From the sequence record DRR723986_3087: 32,252 nucleotides of DNA; one strand, given 5' to 3'. The notes under the pieces are model-generated. The model ran no database searches. It was not told the DNA's origin and saw only the letters and a program-made list of their open reading frames with translations. Below are positions 6,624 through 16,689 of this stretch, one piece after another. The first letter of the stretch is position 1; each line of letters starts with the position of its first letter. A program made the position numbers and the translations under genes.

Positions 6624-9035
6624 TCAGTTTTCACCGAAATCAAACCCACTCTGATCGGTGGCTTTCTGGAAGGGTATGAGGCCCTTGAACTCACCACGGC
6701 TAGCCTTTTTTCCGCGCGCCCATCCGGCGCTTTGTAAAATCGCACCTACTCTCCGAGAGAGAGCTAGGGTTTGCCGCTCACGTTCAATCCCGAGATGGTC
6801 AAGTAACTCGCGGGCAAAGACATCTGCGCCTTTAGCTGCCGCTTTTTCGGCATAAGTCAAAACGTCACCAGCCCACGGATCGTCCTCACTGCGGTCCATT
6901 ACAAGCTCTGCAGCTTTACTCTCGAGCGCACTGTCCAGCCACCATCTCTCGCCATTGCGGTAGAGAGTCACCGCCTCGGCCCAGAGTTGATCACGGTCTC
7001 GCTTTAAATCCTCGCCACTGATGCGCCCCACGACAACCGGCCAAAAACGGCGCCCACCGGTTGCATCAGTCATCCAGTCTTGGCGGTTTGTTGTGCCGAC
7101 GAACACGCACCGCCTCGGCTCTACAACTTCCGCTCGGCCATACGGCGGGCGGTAGCGCTCAGTTGTGCGAGACAGAAAAGCCTTCGTGCTTTCAATATCG
7201 GTTTTCCGCATTGCCGCTAATTCAGGCAATTCAATTATCCACTTTCCGCGCAGAGCCGCTGCTGCATCCTTGCTGGACAAGTCACCGAGACTGTCGTGGA
7301 ACCAACTATCGCCAGTCAGTATTCGAAGGGCGGTTGACTTGCCAGCACCCTGCGGGCCTTCCAGAACAGGGACGTGATCGGCTTTGCATCCGGGGTCGAA
7401 GGCCCTTGCCACTGCAGAGATGGCCCATGCCTTTCCAACCGTTCTGTTGAATTCAGTATCTTCAGCGCTGAAATAGGTCACAAACAGTCGATCAAGGCGT
7501 GACACTCCATCCCACACGAGATCTTCAAGATAATGGCGAACTGGCGAGATAATGTTGTCTTGGGCTGCTGCTAATATTGCATCAGTGACGACAGCCTTAG
7601 TTGCCCGCGGAAAGCCATTACGATTAAACCATCTTATCGTGTGGGAAATGTCGACATCCGAGACTTCGCGGGGCTTAAATGTAGACTTTGGAGTCTTTGT
7701 GCCGGGTATAGGCCTCATCAGCATAATGATGCCAGCCAACTCGTCGTAGGCAAATACACAATGCCATTCATCTTCGTTTGTCAGCGTAGCGTATGCGGAT
7801 TGATAGCACCAAAGCGGGCGTCCACGGCCATCGCGCATAATCTCTTCTTCTTCGCGTTCGCCTTGAAGGGTCGCTAACTCTGCGCGGCAAAGACGGTATG
7901 ACGTCTTGCAGCCTTCATCATAAACAAACGGCCGCCCCTCTCCGTCGAATGCAATAAACGCAGCCTCAGATGAACTCTCGCGAAAAGGAGCCTCACAGCG
8001 GAGTTTCGAACCCATTTTCATTTCTTTGACCCACTCAGAAAGAGGCTTTTCTACCCCCTTGACCTCGATCGGCGTGTCCAGCTTCAGCGATTTGTGGTCT
8101 TGGGCCGAATAACTGCCGTTGGGATCGAAAACTAACTCCGTTTTGGCTTTTTTATTCATCAGCGCCACATCATCCGAACGCGGAGGCTTACTGTAAGGGC
8201 CGTTGTCGAAGGGACCAGCGCCTTCATTCACAATTGTGATGTCTGCGTCCGCAACATGGTAACCGGGCGCGTTTGATACATCGGGCTTTGCGCAAAAGAC
8301 TAAACGTCCCTGATCCCAAACAGCTAAATCAAAAACCGTCCGATGCTCATGCCCCACTACCTCGCCAGTCGAGCGCGATTTTCTGGGGAAGCTAAACGAG
8401 AGGTTTTTTAACTCCATATGAACGCGCACATGCGCACGAAGGAATGGCAGGAACTCTGGGTTGGAAATGCGCAGCCATGCATGCGTGGCATTTCCGGGCT
8501 GTTCCCCATCCTTCACCACCCGTGCGGACGATGCACGCAATTCTATGCGCTCAGCTTTTGAAATCCCGGGCAGGATTGCCTCCATCAGCTCTAAACGCTG
8601 GCTGATCGTCATTGCCGCCCAATGCTCGGGGATGCCCGGCGGGTTATCGGCGTCTAGCAGCAACCACGAAACAGGATCGATGCCATGCTTAAGGCGAGCG
8701 CCGACAAGTTTTCCGTCATGCTTCACCAAACCTGTGGGCGCCTCTTCGCACTCCACACCAAGCCGTTGGATCAGTTTGGCTTTAGAGAGATAGCAAAACT
8801 TTTCGTTTATTTGGGCGCCCCTCCAGACGCCGGGGCAGATCGCTATGTCACTTCTGTTTGTGACATAATTCAGATGCTTCACCATTTCCTGAGCGGTGTT
8901 AGCAGATAGCGTTATCGCTTCCCCTTCCGACACATTGGCAATGGGTGCCTTTTCAAGAGACCCATTTTGTAGCGTGTAAGTCTTACAAACGTAGGACGGA
9001 TTAGTAGTCCTGATCAGTGTGATTGCGTTCAGCAT
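6624..9035 (-). CDS. Primase-helicase fusion: AEP-like N-terminus plus VapE/VirE P-loop domain (~803 aa)
   Basis: Walker A GPQGAGKST, WIIELPEL, YRPPYGR, FVGTTN, DATGGRRFWP and RDQLWAEA (VapE family). N-terminal LLDAD and THAW resemble AEP motifs. ATG 9035 is preceded by GGAG. Confidence 0.9.
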   Translation of the reverse strand: MLNAITLIRTTNPSYVCKTYTLQNGSLEKAPIANVSEGEAITLSANTAQEMVKHLNYVTNRSDIAICPGVWRGAQINEKFCYLSKAKLIQRLGVECEEAPTGLVKHDGKLVGARLKHGIDPVSWLLLDADNPPGIPEHWAAMTISQRLELMEAILPGISKAERIELRASSARVVKDGEQPGNATHAWLRISNPEFLPFLRAHVRVHMELKNLSFSFPRKSRSTGEVVGHEHRTVFDLAVWDQGRLVFCAKPDVSNAPGYHVADADITIVNEGAGPFDNGPYSKPPRSDDVALMNKKAKTELVFDPNGSYSAQDHKSLKLDTPIEVKGVEKPLSEWVKEMKMGSKLRCEAPFRESSSEAAFIAFDGEGRPFVYDEGCKTSYRLCRAELATLQGEREEEEIMRDGRGRPLWCYQSAYATLTNEDEWHCVFAYDELAGIIMLMRPIPGTKTPKSTFKPREVSDVDISHTIRWFNRNGFPRATKAVVTDAILAAAQDNIISPVRHYLEDLVWDGVSRLDRLFVTYFSAEDTEFNRTVGKAWAISAVARAFDPGCKADHVPVLEGPQGAGKSTALRILTGDSWFHDSLGDLSSKDAAAALRGKWIIELPELAAMRKTDIESTKAFLSRTTERYRPPYGRAEVVEPRRCVFVGTTNRQDWMTDATGGRRFWPVVVGRISGEDLKRDRDQLWAEAVTLYRNGERWWLDSALESKAAELVMDRSEDDPWAGDVLTYAEKAAAKGADVFARELLDHLGIERERQTLALSRRVGAILQSAGWARGKKASRGEFKGLIPFQKATDQSGFDFGEN

Positions 9036-9132
9036 CAACTCAACTCCAAAGTTGAGCCAACAGCGTTCACGTGCTATGAAATACGGGCATAGAGAGAGTC
9101 CCGTCGGCACGCTTAGCAGCTGTCGGCGGGTT

Positions 9133-9327
9133 TTATTTTGCGGTGGTGGCAGTGAGACGCTCTACGAGGGCCTGAACATCAGCCTCACGAAAGGCTACGC
9201 AACGTTCGGATAGCTTGATCGGCTGTGGGAACTGCGGGTCGCGGTTCATCATCCGATACCATGTTGAGCGGGTGTAACCGGTTTGTTTTAGGGCTTCCGG
9301 CAGGCGAATGAGACGATTTGTTGACAT
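9133..9327 (-). CDS. alpA: AlpA-family regulator/excisionase (64 aa)
   Basis: RLIRLPEALKQTGYTRSTWYR...FPQPIKLSERCVAF is a canonical AlpA pattern; AAGGAGG RBS. Confidence 0.93.
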   Translation of the reverse strand: MSTNRLIRLPEALKQTGYTRSTWYRMMNRDPQFPQPIKLSERCVAFREADVQALVERLTATTAK

Positions 9328-9390
9328 GCTGGCCTCCTTGGGCGTTTTGGCATGTCCTCGTCATTAGGCAGGTTTTGGTCTTCGCGAGCC

Positions 9391-9415
9391 TGACAGAATT
9401 TCAGAAATTTTGTCA
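9391..9415. promoter_or_regulatory. Operator-like palindrome upstream of alpA
   Basis: TGACAGAATTT-CAG-AAATTTTGTCA, 11-bp arms with 1 mismatch. Confidence 0.5.
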
Positions 9416-9418
9416 CAA

Positions 9419-9793
9419 TTACTTTGCCTCACCGGCCCACCGCCGATGCATCCTTTCAATCGACTTCCAATCGTAACGGTCTTCGCCTTGATGGGAGAAG
9501 TAAATCTGCCGGATGATCTTATATGCATCCTCGTGGGTTTTGCCGTTTTCAACCGTATAATATCGGAAAAGCCGGTCGATCTCGCGCCACTTTACAAACT
9601 CGTCAGCTTTACTGTCAGGCCGCTTGTTTCGGAGATCGGACGCAATAGCTTTGCCGAGGTCGGGGAGGCCACCGGGAGGCGAAAGCTCAACAAGCTTCGC
9701 TAGAGTCTCATTATCCTTGGTCCGTATCCAGCGATCGTAGAGAAGATCGAACTCACTAGTGAAAAATAGATTGTCAGTTTTTCCCCGTGACAT
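9419..9793 (-). CDS. Hypothetical protein, possible C-terminal HTH (124 aa)
   Basis: Overlaps the integrase 3' end and sits between int and alpA; helical C-terminus GKTHEDAYKIIRQIY...WKSIERMHRRW. Confidence 0.65.
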   Translation of the reverse strand: MSRGKTDNLFFTSEFDLLYDRWIRTKDNETLAKLVELSPPGGLPDLGKAIASDLRNKRPDSKADEFVKWREIDRLFRYYTVENGKTHEDAYKIIRQIYFSHQGEDRYDWKSIERMHRRWAGEAK

Positions 9794-11012
9794 ACCGCGC
9801 CCACCTTTCTAGCACCTCGCGACGCTCTTCGAGCAAATCGCTACGTTGATATGCTGCATCAAGCGATTTTGGTTGATGCGCCTTAATGAAGTCTGTCACA
9901 TCCTTACGCACCCCGTTCTCTGCCATCCAAGATCCTAGAGTGGCTCTGAAGCCGTGAACTGTGACGTTTGGATCGAAACTTTTTAAAGCAAGGAACATTG
10001 CGTTCTGAGAAAGAGGCTTGTCGTGCTTCCTGCCAAGGACGTAGCGTTGATGGCCTGTCAGTGGCTGAATCGCTCGAATCAGTGCGATGACCAGCTCCGG
10101 GAGGGGTTGGCGATGGGCCTTTCGCATTTTCATGCCTGCCGCTGGTGTGGTCCAGATCCCACGCTCTAAGTCTAAATGCGCCCATTCCATATGTCTTATC
10201 TCTCCCGTTCTCTTACAGAGCAGTAAAGCCAGAGTTAGTCCAAGTTTAGTGTGTGGACCCATCCGGGGGCGTTCTTGAAGCCAAGTCCAAAATTCGGGTG
10301 CGCGTTCAGGCTCAAGGGCGCCAAAATGCTCTTCGACGTGATGATGCTTGGGCATAGAGCGAACTGGTGGGCAGGCATTAAATTCGCAGAACTCGAGGTC
10401 AACCGCATAATCCAAGACGCGTTCGATATTGCCGCGCACTTTCTTTCCTGTAGGAGGCTTACTGATCCAAAGCGACCTTATCGCTTCAACGATTTCCCTC
10501 CGCTTGATCTCATTAACTGGCCGCGATCCGAGAACAGGGAAAACGTGGTCGTGTAGTTGCTGAAAGACCTGTCGTTTGTATGGTCCGTCTGAAAGACCAT
10601 CCTTTAAGTGTTTTTCATACCACTCGGTTGCTATCGTTTCGAAGGTTGGCGTCTTACCTTGGCTGGAAATACGTTCGCCCGTTACAAGGCGGGTCATTTC
10701 CAATGGATCGAGTGATAGAGCCACAGCATTCCTGATGGCCTGTGCGCCATGTCCAGCGCTTACCAAAGTCTTGATTGCAGCGGCCGCTTGCCTTGCAGCA
10801 TCAGCCTTCACGTCCGGCCACGGCCCGATGGTGATATTGGTTCTTTTGTCCCCAATAACCACGCGACAGATCCAAGAGACGCGGCCACTTTTGCGTGCGT
10901 TTGCGTAGAGGTTAGGTGCGCCTTCTGGCACCCATGTGTCCTTCTTAGATGCTGCAAGAGCTTCCAGTTCTTTAAATGTCAGGCGCATGTTTTGTATACC
11001 AATTGTAGCCAT
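9774..11012 (-). CDS. int: P4-like tyrosine integrase
   Basis: Arm-binding N-terminal domain (NLY...SGRVSW...ITIGPWP) and intact catalytic set R(KRTGE)-K(MKMR)-HGFR-H(KAH)-Y(AAY). The true start may be ATG 10988 (MRLTFKEL). Confidence 0.95.
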   Translation of the reverse strand: MATIGIQNMRLTFKELEALAASKKDTWVPEGAPNLYANARKSGRVSWICRVVIGDKRTNITIGPWPDVKADAARQAAAAIKTLVSAGHGAQAIRNAVALSLDPLEMTRLVTGERISSQGKTPTFETIATEWYEKHLKDGLSDGPYKRQVFQQLHDHVFPVLGSRPVNEIKRREIVEAIRSLWISKPPTGKKVRGNIERVLDYAVDLEFCEFNACPPVRSMPKHHHVEEHFGALEPERAPEFWTWLQERPRMGPHTKLGLTLALLLCKRTGEIRHMEWAHLDLERGIWTTPAAGMKMRKAHRQPLPELVIALIRAIQPLTGHQRYVLGRKHDKPLSQNAMFLALKSFDPNVTVHGFRATLGSWMAENGVRKDVTDFIKAHQPKSLDAAYQRSDLLEERREVLERWARYVTGKN

Positions 11013-11110
11013 ACATCATGAAACACGATTGGACACGTTGGGATTTTCTGCAACTAAAAAATCAATAAATAATGGCTTTTTGAGACATTTTAGACGTAAT
11101 GATACAAACA

Positions 11111-11135
11111 TGTGGAGTTCTGGCCCGGCGCCACA
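11111..11135. repeat. Right attachment junction (core CTGGCCC at 11120-11126)
   Basis: TGTGGAG-TT-CTGGCCC-GG-CGCCACA: 7-bp overlap flanked by near-perfect inverted core-type sites. Confidence 0.88.
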
Positions 11136-11696
11136 AGCGGCGTGCCCACGCCGCCTGCGGTCGTGTTGCCGCTAATGGCGCTGGGGGCGCTTGGGGTGGT
11201 TTTGTGGCAGGGGCGGTGGGGCCTGTTGGGGTTGGTGCCGGTGGCCCTGGCCTTTGCCTTATGGGCAGGCGTGCAGCGGCCAGTGGCCCTGGTGGCCGAC
11301 AGCGGGCGCTTGGTGGGGCTGATGGGCCCCGAGGGGCGCGCCCTGTCTGCCGCGCGGGGGCAGGGGTTTGTGGCGCGTGTTTGGCTGGAAAATGATGGCG
11401 ATATTGCCACCAGCCAAGCGGCGGCTGCTGCGCGCTGGCCGGCGGTGCCGGTTCTGGGGCAGGGGCGGCTGATGGTTCTGCGCGGTGCAAAAGCCGCGCA
11501 GGCTGCCACCTGCCAGCCGGGCGATTGGGTGATAAGCGATGCCACCTTGCCCCCGGGATTGCCCTGCCAAACCATCGATAAGCGCCGCTTGCAAGACACC
11601 GGGGCAATCGCGCTTTATGCCACGCCAGATGGCGGGCTGCGCATGCGCAGCGTGGCCCAGATGGGCGGGCTGCGCCTGTGGCATGGCGGGCAATAG
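11121..11696 (+). pseudogene. comEC: ComEC 3' part, separated from the 5' part by the element
   Basis: WPGATSGVPTPPAVVLPLMALGAL...RPVALVADSGRLVG...FVARVWLENDG...GAIAL...RLW resembles rhodobacteral ComEC C-termini and is in the same frame as the 5' part across the att core. Confidence 0.88.
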
Positions 11697-11769
11697 GGGG
11701 GGTAGGCTTGCAGGCGGCAGCGCGGGCGGCCGTGCCGCTGGGGCACAGACCGGCGCGCAGCCGCAAAGA

Positions 11770-12465
11770 TTAGTAGGTGCGGATCAACCCCACCAACCGG
11801 CCCTGCACGCGCACCTTATGGCCGGGCAAAACGCGGGTTTCATAGGCCGGGTTTGCCGCCTCTAGCGCCACGCTATCGCCGCGTTTGAAAAACCGCTTTA
11901 ACGTGGCTTCCTGATCTTCCACCAGCGCCACAACGATATCGCCGTTATTGGCGGTGTTGGTTTCGCGGATCACCACGATATCGCCATCGTTGATGCCCGC
12001 CTCGATCATCGAATCGCCCTTAACCTCTAGCGCGTAATGCTCGCCGCGGCCCGCCACCATGCTGCCCGGCACCGCAATGTGATGCGAGATTTCGGCAATC
12101 GCCTCGATGGGCACACCGGCGGCAATGCGCCCCATAACCGGCAATTCGCGTGCATGCAGCGTTTCGATCGCTTGCGCGGCGGCTGGTCTTTCGCTGGGGC
12201 GTTCCCCATCGATCACGCGCAAGGCGGGCTGGGGGCTGGGGGTGGTTAAGGCATCGGGCAGGCGCACCACCTCGATGGCGCGGGCGCGGTGGGCCAGACG
12301 GCGGATAAAGCCGCGCTCTTCCAGCGCTGTAATCAGGCGGTGAATGCCCGATTTCGAGCGCAGATCCAGCGCCTCTTTCATTTCGTCAAAGCTGGGCGGC
12401 ACGCCATCGCGCTGCACCCGATTGTGAATAAAATTCAGTAAGTCGCGTTGTTTTTTCGTCAACAT
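11770..12465 (-). CDS. lexA: SOS repressor LexA (231 aa)
   Basis: MLTKKQ...PPSFDEM...RARAIEV; GRIAAG cleavage site; GDSM Ser and ATLKR Lys; GGAGG RBS before ATG 12465. Confidence 0.98.
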   Translation of the reverse strand: MLTKKQRDLLNFIHNRVQRDGVPPSFDEMKEALDLRSKSGIHRLITALEERGFIRRLAHRARAIEVVRLPDALTTPSPQPALRVIDGERPSERPAAAQAIETLHARELPVMGRIAAGVPIEAIAEISHHIAVPGSMVAGRGEHYALEVKGDSMIEAGINDGDIVVIRETNTANNGDIVVALVEDQEATLKRFFKRGDSVALEAANPAYETRVLPGHKVRVQGRLVGLIRTY

Positions 12466-12497
12466 GGGCGCGGCCTCCGGCAAATGCGTATTGCTTT

Positions 12498-12512
12498 GTT
12501 CTACGCATGTTC
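12498..12512. promoter_or_regulatory. Alphaproteobacterial LexA box
   Basis: GTTC-TACGCAT-GTTC matches GTTC-N7-GTTC directly upstream of lexA. Confidence 0.85.
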
Positions 12513-12526
12513 CCGTTTTGTGTCAA

Positions 12527-13708
12527 CTATTCGCTTTCGATTGGCATATATTCTACCATTTCGCCCACAGCGCGGGCCGGGTCGCCGACGGGGCGGATCA
12601 CCAATGCGTTGGCGTCGGATAACACGCGCAAAAGCGCGCTGTCTTGGCGCGCAAAGGCGGTGATGCCCTCGGGGGTAAGACGGGCGCGCATGTAATGGGT
12701 GCGCGCGCCATTGGCGCCCAGCGGCGCCAGCAGTGCTGCGCGGCGCGTTGGGCTGTGGGCGGCAGGCAGCCCCGCCATTTTGCGCAGCATGGGCAGCAAA
12801 AACACATAGCCGCATACCATGGCCGATACCGGGTTTCCCGGCAGGCCCAGCACCACGCTTTGCCCCAACCGCCCTGCCATCAGCGGTTTGCCCGGGCGCA
12901 TGGCAACCTTGTAAAACGATTGCTGCACGCCCAGGCTGGCGCCTGCCTTGGCCACCAAATCGTGATCGCCCACCGAGGCGCCGCCGATTGTCACGATCAC
13001 ATCTGCCCCCTCGGCCAGCGAAAAGGCCAGATGCAGCGCCTCCATATTATCGCGGGCGATGGGCAAAATGCGGGTTTGCGCGCCATAGCTTTGCAGCATT
13101 GCGGCCAGGCCAAAGGTGTTTGAGGCAATGATCTGGTTGGGCCCCGGGGTCTCGCCCGGCACCACCAGCTCGTCGCCGGTGCTGATCAGTGCCACCACGG
13201 GGCGCCGGGCCACGGGCACCTGGGCAATATTCATTGCCGCCAGCAAGGCCACATCCATCGGGCTTAGGCGCCGGGGGGCGGGCAGGCTGTCGCCCAGCTG
13301 AAAATCGCAGCCAGCGGGGCGGATGTTTGTGGCGCCATCTGGCGTGCCTGTGATGGTCATATGCGCGCCATCGCGCTGGCAATCTTCTTGCAGCACCACC
13401 ATAGTGGCGCCCTCGGGCACGGGCGCGCCGGTAAAGATGCGCACCGCTTGGCCCGGCCCCACAGTGCCGCCAAAGGCATGGCCTGCGGCCGCCTCGCCGA
13501 TCACCTCAAAACGGGCATTGGGCCGCACGGCAGATGCATCCAGCGCATAGCCATCCATCGCTGATGCGGCAAAGGGCGGCTGGTTGCGCCGCGCATGGCA
13601 GGGCTGCGCCAGAATGCGCCCGCCCGCCTGTGCCAAAGGCACCTGTTCAACGCCCAGATCGGGGGCCAGATCGAACAGGTTTTGCAATGCCGCGTCGACA
13701 GAAATCAT
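12527..13708 (-). CDS. moeA: Molybdopterin molybdotransferase
   Basis: [36 protein letters not shown] and GLPGNPVS motifs. Confidence 0.97.
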   Translation of the reverse strand: MISVDAALQNLFDLAPDLGVEQVPLAQAGGRILAQPCHARRNQPPFAASAMDGYALDASAVRPNARFEVIGEAAAGHAFGGTVGPGQAVRIFTGAPVPEGATMVVLQEDCQRDGAHMTITGTPDGATNIRPAGCDFQLGDSLPAPRRLSPMDVALLAAMNIAQVPVARRPVVALISTGDELVVPGETPGPNQIIASNTFGLAAMLQSYGAQTRILPIARDNMEALHLAFSLAEGADVIVTIGGASVGDHDLVAKAGASLGVQQSFYKVAMRPGKPLMAGRLGQSVVLGLPGNPVSAMVCGYVFLLPMLRKMAGLPAAHSPTRRAALLAPLGANGARTHYMRARLTPEGITAFARQDSALLRVLSDANALVIRPVGDPARAVGEMVEYMPIESE

Positions 13709-14181
13709 TTTGCCTCGAACCGCCCCGATTTGCCGCCATCTTTCAGAAGCACACGGATACCGCCAATTTCCATTTCCTTATCCACCGCCTTGGCCATGTC
13801 GTAGACTGTCAATGCGGCGGTGGAAACGGCTGTCAGCGCCTCCATTTCCACGCCGGTTTGGCCTGTGGTTTTTACCGTGGCCTCGATGCGCACGCCGGGC
13901 AATGTGGCATCCAGCGTCAATTCGACCGCCACTTTCGTCACCGGCAGCGGGTGGCACAGCGGGATCAGATCTGGGGTTTTCTTGGCGCCCATAATGCCCG
14001 CCAGCCGCGCCACGGCCAGCACATCGCCTTTTTTGGCCCGGCCTTCGGCGATGGTTTGGTAGGTGGTAGGCGCCATGCGCACATGCCCCTCGGCCACGGC
14101 GATACGTGCGGTGACGGCCTTGTCTGAGACATCCACCATATGGGCATCGCCCTTGCCATCAAAATGCGTCAAGCCCGCCAT
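13705..14181 (-). CDS. moaC: Cyclic pyranopterin monophosphate synthase
   Basis: LTHF...MVDVSDK, KKGDVL, LIPLCHP and TGVEMEALT motifs. Confidence 0.98.
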   Translation of the reverse strand: MAGLTHFDGKGDAHMVDVSDKAVTARIAVAEGHVRMAPTTYQTIAEGRAKKGDVLAVARLAGIMGAKKTPDLIPLCHPLPVTKVAVELTLDATLPGVRIEATVKTTGQTGVEMEALTAVSTAALTVYDMAKAVDKEMEIGGIRVLLKDGGKSGRFEAK

Positions 14182-14990
14182 TACGCTGCCCCCGCCACGG
14201 GATTGGCCAGCAAATGCTGGGTGGCGCGGGCCACATCGGCCTGGCGCATCAGGCTTTCGCCAATCAGGAAACTGCGCGCGCCATGCTGGGCCATATCAGC
14301 CAAATCCTGTGGCGTGTTCAGCCCCGATTCAGAGATCAGCAAACGCCCCTGGGGCACCATTTTCGACAACATGCGCGTGGTGTCTAAGGTGGTTTCAAAG
14401 GTTTTCAAATTGCGGTTATTCACCCCGATCAGCGGTGATTTCAGCGCCAGCGCCCGTTCCATTTCTGGCGCGTCATGCACCTCAATCAGCGCATCCATGC
14501 CCCAGGCAGTGGCGGCCTCTTCCAGCTCTTGCGCCTGGGCATCGCTGACCGAGGCCATGATGATCAAAACGCAATCCGCCCCCAGCGCCCGCGCTTCGGC
14601 CACCTGATAGGTGTCATACATGAAATCCTTGCGCAGCGCGGGCAGCTCGCAGGCGGCGCGGGCGGCGCGCAGATAGTCTTTGGCGCCCTGAAAACTGGGG
14701 GTGTCGGTCAGCACCGACAGGCAGGTGGCCCCCCCCGCCGCATAGGCCTGGGCCAAGGCGGGCGGGTCAAAATCGGGGCGGATCAAGCCCTTGGATGGGC
14801 TGGCTTTTTTGATTTCCGCAATCAACCCATAGCCTTTGGCCGAGGCGCGGGCCAGGGCCTGCCCAAAGGGGCGCACGGGCGGGGCTGCGCGCGCGGCCTC
14901 TTCTACGGCCGAAAGCGGAACGCTGGCGCGATCGGCGGCCACCTCTTGCAGTTTATAGGCTTTGATCTTGTCTAAAATCGTATCTGTCAT
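14181..14990 (-). CDS. trpC: Indole-3-glycerol phosphate synthase (269 aa)
   Basis: MTDTILDKI start; [30 protein letters not shown] and SESG motifs. Confidence 0.97.
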   Translation of the reverse strand: MTDTILDKIKAYKLQEVAADRASVPLSAVEEAARAAPPVRPFGQALARASAKGYGLIAEIKKASPSKGLIRPDFDPPALAQAYAAGGATCLSVLTDTPSFQGAKDYLRAARAACELPALRKDFMYDTYQVAEARALGADCVLIIMASVSDAQAQELEEAATAWGMDALIEVHDAPEMERALALKSPLIGVNNRNLKTFETTLDTTRMLSKMVPQGRLLISESGLNTPQDLADMAQHGARSFLIGESLMRQADVARATQHLLANPVAGAA

Positions 14991-15673
14991 GGCGTCGTCC
15001 AGTTTATGGGCGTGTCCCCATTGGCAATAAGCCAGTCGTTCACGCGGGAAAAGGGGCGGGCGCCGAAAAAACCGCGCCGCGCCGACAGGGGCGAGGGATG
15101 GGCGCTGGTTAAAATCAGCGCCTGTGGGTGGGTGATCTGCCCGGCAAAGGCCTGCGCGTGCCGCCCCCATAGCAGATAGGCGCGGGCGCGCGTGTTGAGG
15201 CGCGCCAAAACTTCGGTGGTCAGCTGCGCCCAGCCCAATTTGGCATGCCCCCCCGCCAGCCCGGCAGGCACGCTGAGCGCGGTGTTTAACAGCAGCACGC
15301 CCTGATGGGCCCAAAACCGCAGATCGGCATGTGAAGGTGATGCGCCAAGATCGACCTGCAACTCTTTGAAAATATTTGACAAAGATCTGGGTAGGGGGGT
15401 GGTTTTGGGGGCTGCTGAAAAGGCCAGCCCATGGGCATGGCCCGGGGTTGGATACGGGTCTTGGCCCAAAATCACCACCCGCACTTTGGCGGGTGGGCAC
15501 AGCGTAAGGGCTGCAAATAGATCCGCAGGTGGGGGCAACACCTGGCGCGTTTCTTGGGCCAAGTCCTGCGCGATGCGCGGCCATTGCGTGGCAAAAAAGC
15601 GCAAATCAGCCCAGGCATCGGGGGCGGCCAGCTGGGCAAACCCTGCATTGGCCGGATGCGCCCCCATGCTCAC
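14987..15673 (-). CDS. ung: Uracil-DNA glycosylase, family 1
   Basis: [22 protein letters not shown] and HPSPLS motifs; ATGA overlaps with trpD and trpC. Confidence 0.95.
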   Translation of the reverse strand: MSMGAHPANAGFAQLAAPDAWADLRFFATQWPRIAQDLAQETRQVLPPPADLFAALTLCPPAKVRVVILGQDPYPTPGHAHGLAFSAAPKTTPLPRSLSNIFKELQVDLGASPSHADLRFWAHQGVLLLNTALSVPAGLAGGHAKLGWAQLTTEVLARLNTRARAYLLWGRHAQAFAGQITHPQALILTSAHPSPLSARRGFFGARPFSRVNDWLIANGDTPINWTTP

Positions 15674-16689
15674 GCGGCGGTGGTGGCGGCGGCAAGCGCG
15701 TGCAGTTTGGCCTTTGCGGCGCCGCTATCGATGCTGTGGCGGGCCATTTCGACCCCCTGTTTCAGATCTGCGGCTTTGTCAGCCACCACCAGCGCCGCGG
15801 CCGCGTTCAGCAACACCGCATCGCGATAGGCGCCCGGCGCGCCATCCAGCAGCGCGCCAAAGGCGGTGGCGTTTTCAGCCGGTGTGCCGCCCAAAATGGC
15901 CTCGAACGGGTGCACCGGCAGGCCGAAATCTTCGGGGTGCAGCTGGGCCTCGCGGATGGTGCCATCGCGTTCCAGTGCGGCCAGCCATGTGACGCCGGTG
16001 ATGGTCATTTCGTCGGTGCCATCGCTGCCATGCACCAGCCAGGCGCGTTCCGACCCAAGCGCGCCCAGGGTTTCGGCCATCGGCCTAATCAGGGCCCGGC
16101 TAAAGGCGCCTGTCAATTGCCGTTTGACACCGGCAGGGTTGGTCAGCGGGCCAAGAATATTGAAAATCGTGCGGGTGCCCAGCTCGGCGCGGGTGGGGCC
16201 GACATGGGCCATCGCCGGGTGATGCATAGGCGCCATCATAAAGGCGATGCCAACAGAATTGATAGCCTTTTCAACAATATCGGGGCCAATCATCACGTTC
16301 ACGCCCAGCGCCCCCAGCGCATCGGCCGCCCCTGATTTCGAGCTAAGATTGCGGTTGCCATGCTTGGCCACACATACCCCCGCACCCGCCACAACAAAGG
16401 CGGTAGCGGTCGAGATATTCAGCGTGCCTTTGCCATCACCGCCGGTGCCCACGATATCCATCGCGCCCGATGGGGCCTGCACCTTGTGGCATTTGTTGCG
16501 CATCACAGCGGCGGCAGCGGCGAATTCATCAACCGTTTCGCCCCGGGTGCGCAGCGCCATCAACAGGCCGCCAATTTGGCTGGGGGTGGCCTCGCCCTCG
16601 AACAAAATCGTAAAGGCAGCCTCGGCCTCGGCCCGCGACAGCGGGCGCTCGCAGGCGGCGGCAATCAGGGGTTTTAGCTGGTCGCTCAT
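15670..16689 (-). CDS. trpD: Anthranilate phosphoribosyltransferase (339 aa)
   Basis: [28 protein letters not shown] and GTDE motifs; start MSDQLKP at 16689. Confidence 0.97.
   Translation of the reverse strand: MSDQLKPLIAAACERPLSRAEAEAAFTILFEGEATPSQIGGLLMALRTRGETVDEFAAAAAVMRNKCHKVQAPSGAMDIVGTGGDGKGTLNISTATAFVVAGAGVCVAKHGNRNLSSKSGAADALGALGVNVMIGPDIVEKAINSVGIAFMMAPMHHPAMAHVGPTRAELGTRTIFNILGPLTNPAGVKRQLTGAFSRALIRPMAETLGALGSERAWLVHGSDGTDEMTITGVTWLAALERDGTIREAQLHPEDFGLPVHPFEAILGGTPAENATAFGALLDGAPGAYRDAVLLNAAAALVVADKAADLKQGVEMARHSIDSGAAKAKLHALAAATTAA

Larger units (their letters stand above)
2126..11126 (-). mobile_element. Integrated phage-satellite-like element (PICI-like, capsid-encoding); predicted excised circle 8994 bp
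   Basis: Direct repeat CTGGCCC at 2126-2132 and 11120-11126, an abrupt shift to more AT-rich sequence at both ends, and int-alpA-primase/helicase-capsid content all on one strand. The flanks rejoin as an in-frame comEC. Confidence 0.93.

Noticed and set aside
2133-11119. Direct SOS control of the element because lexA is adjacent
   Set aside because: I saw no convincing GTTC-N7-GTTC or GAAC-N7-GAAC in the element's intergenic regions (scan by eye only); comEC-lexA adjacency is host gene order.
2126-11126. Complete prophage, cf-PICI or GTA cluster
   Set aside because: No portal, terminase large subunit, head-tail connector, tail or lysis genes are recognisable; at 9 kb with int, alpA and primase it fits a satellite.
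11112-11696. Independent 194-aa gene starting at the element-derived GTG 11112
   Set aside because: No clear RBS; best explained as the comEC 3' half. Separate expression cannot be fully excluded.
14991-15584. Long N-terminal extensions in the ORF track (trpC 467 aa; likewise trpD, trpG, hydantoinase A, GntR, LeuD-like)
   Set aside because: They overlap neighbouring genes; downstream starts with an RBS or ATGA coupling give canonical lengths. These are high-GC open-frame artefacts, not fusions.
14987-15673. ung inside the trp operon as a recent insertion
   Set aside because: Host-like composition and translational coupling on both sides; no mobility signs.
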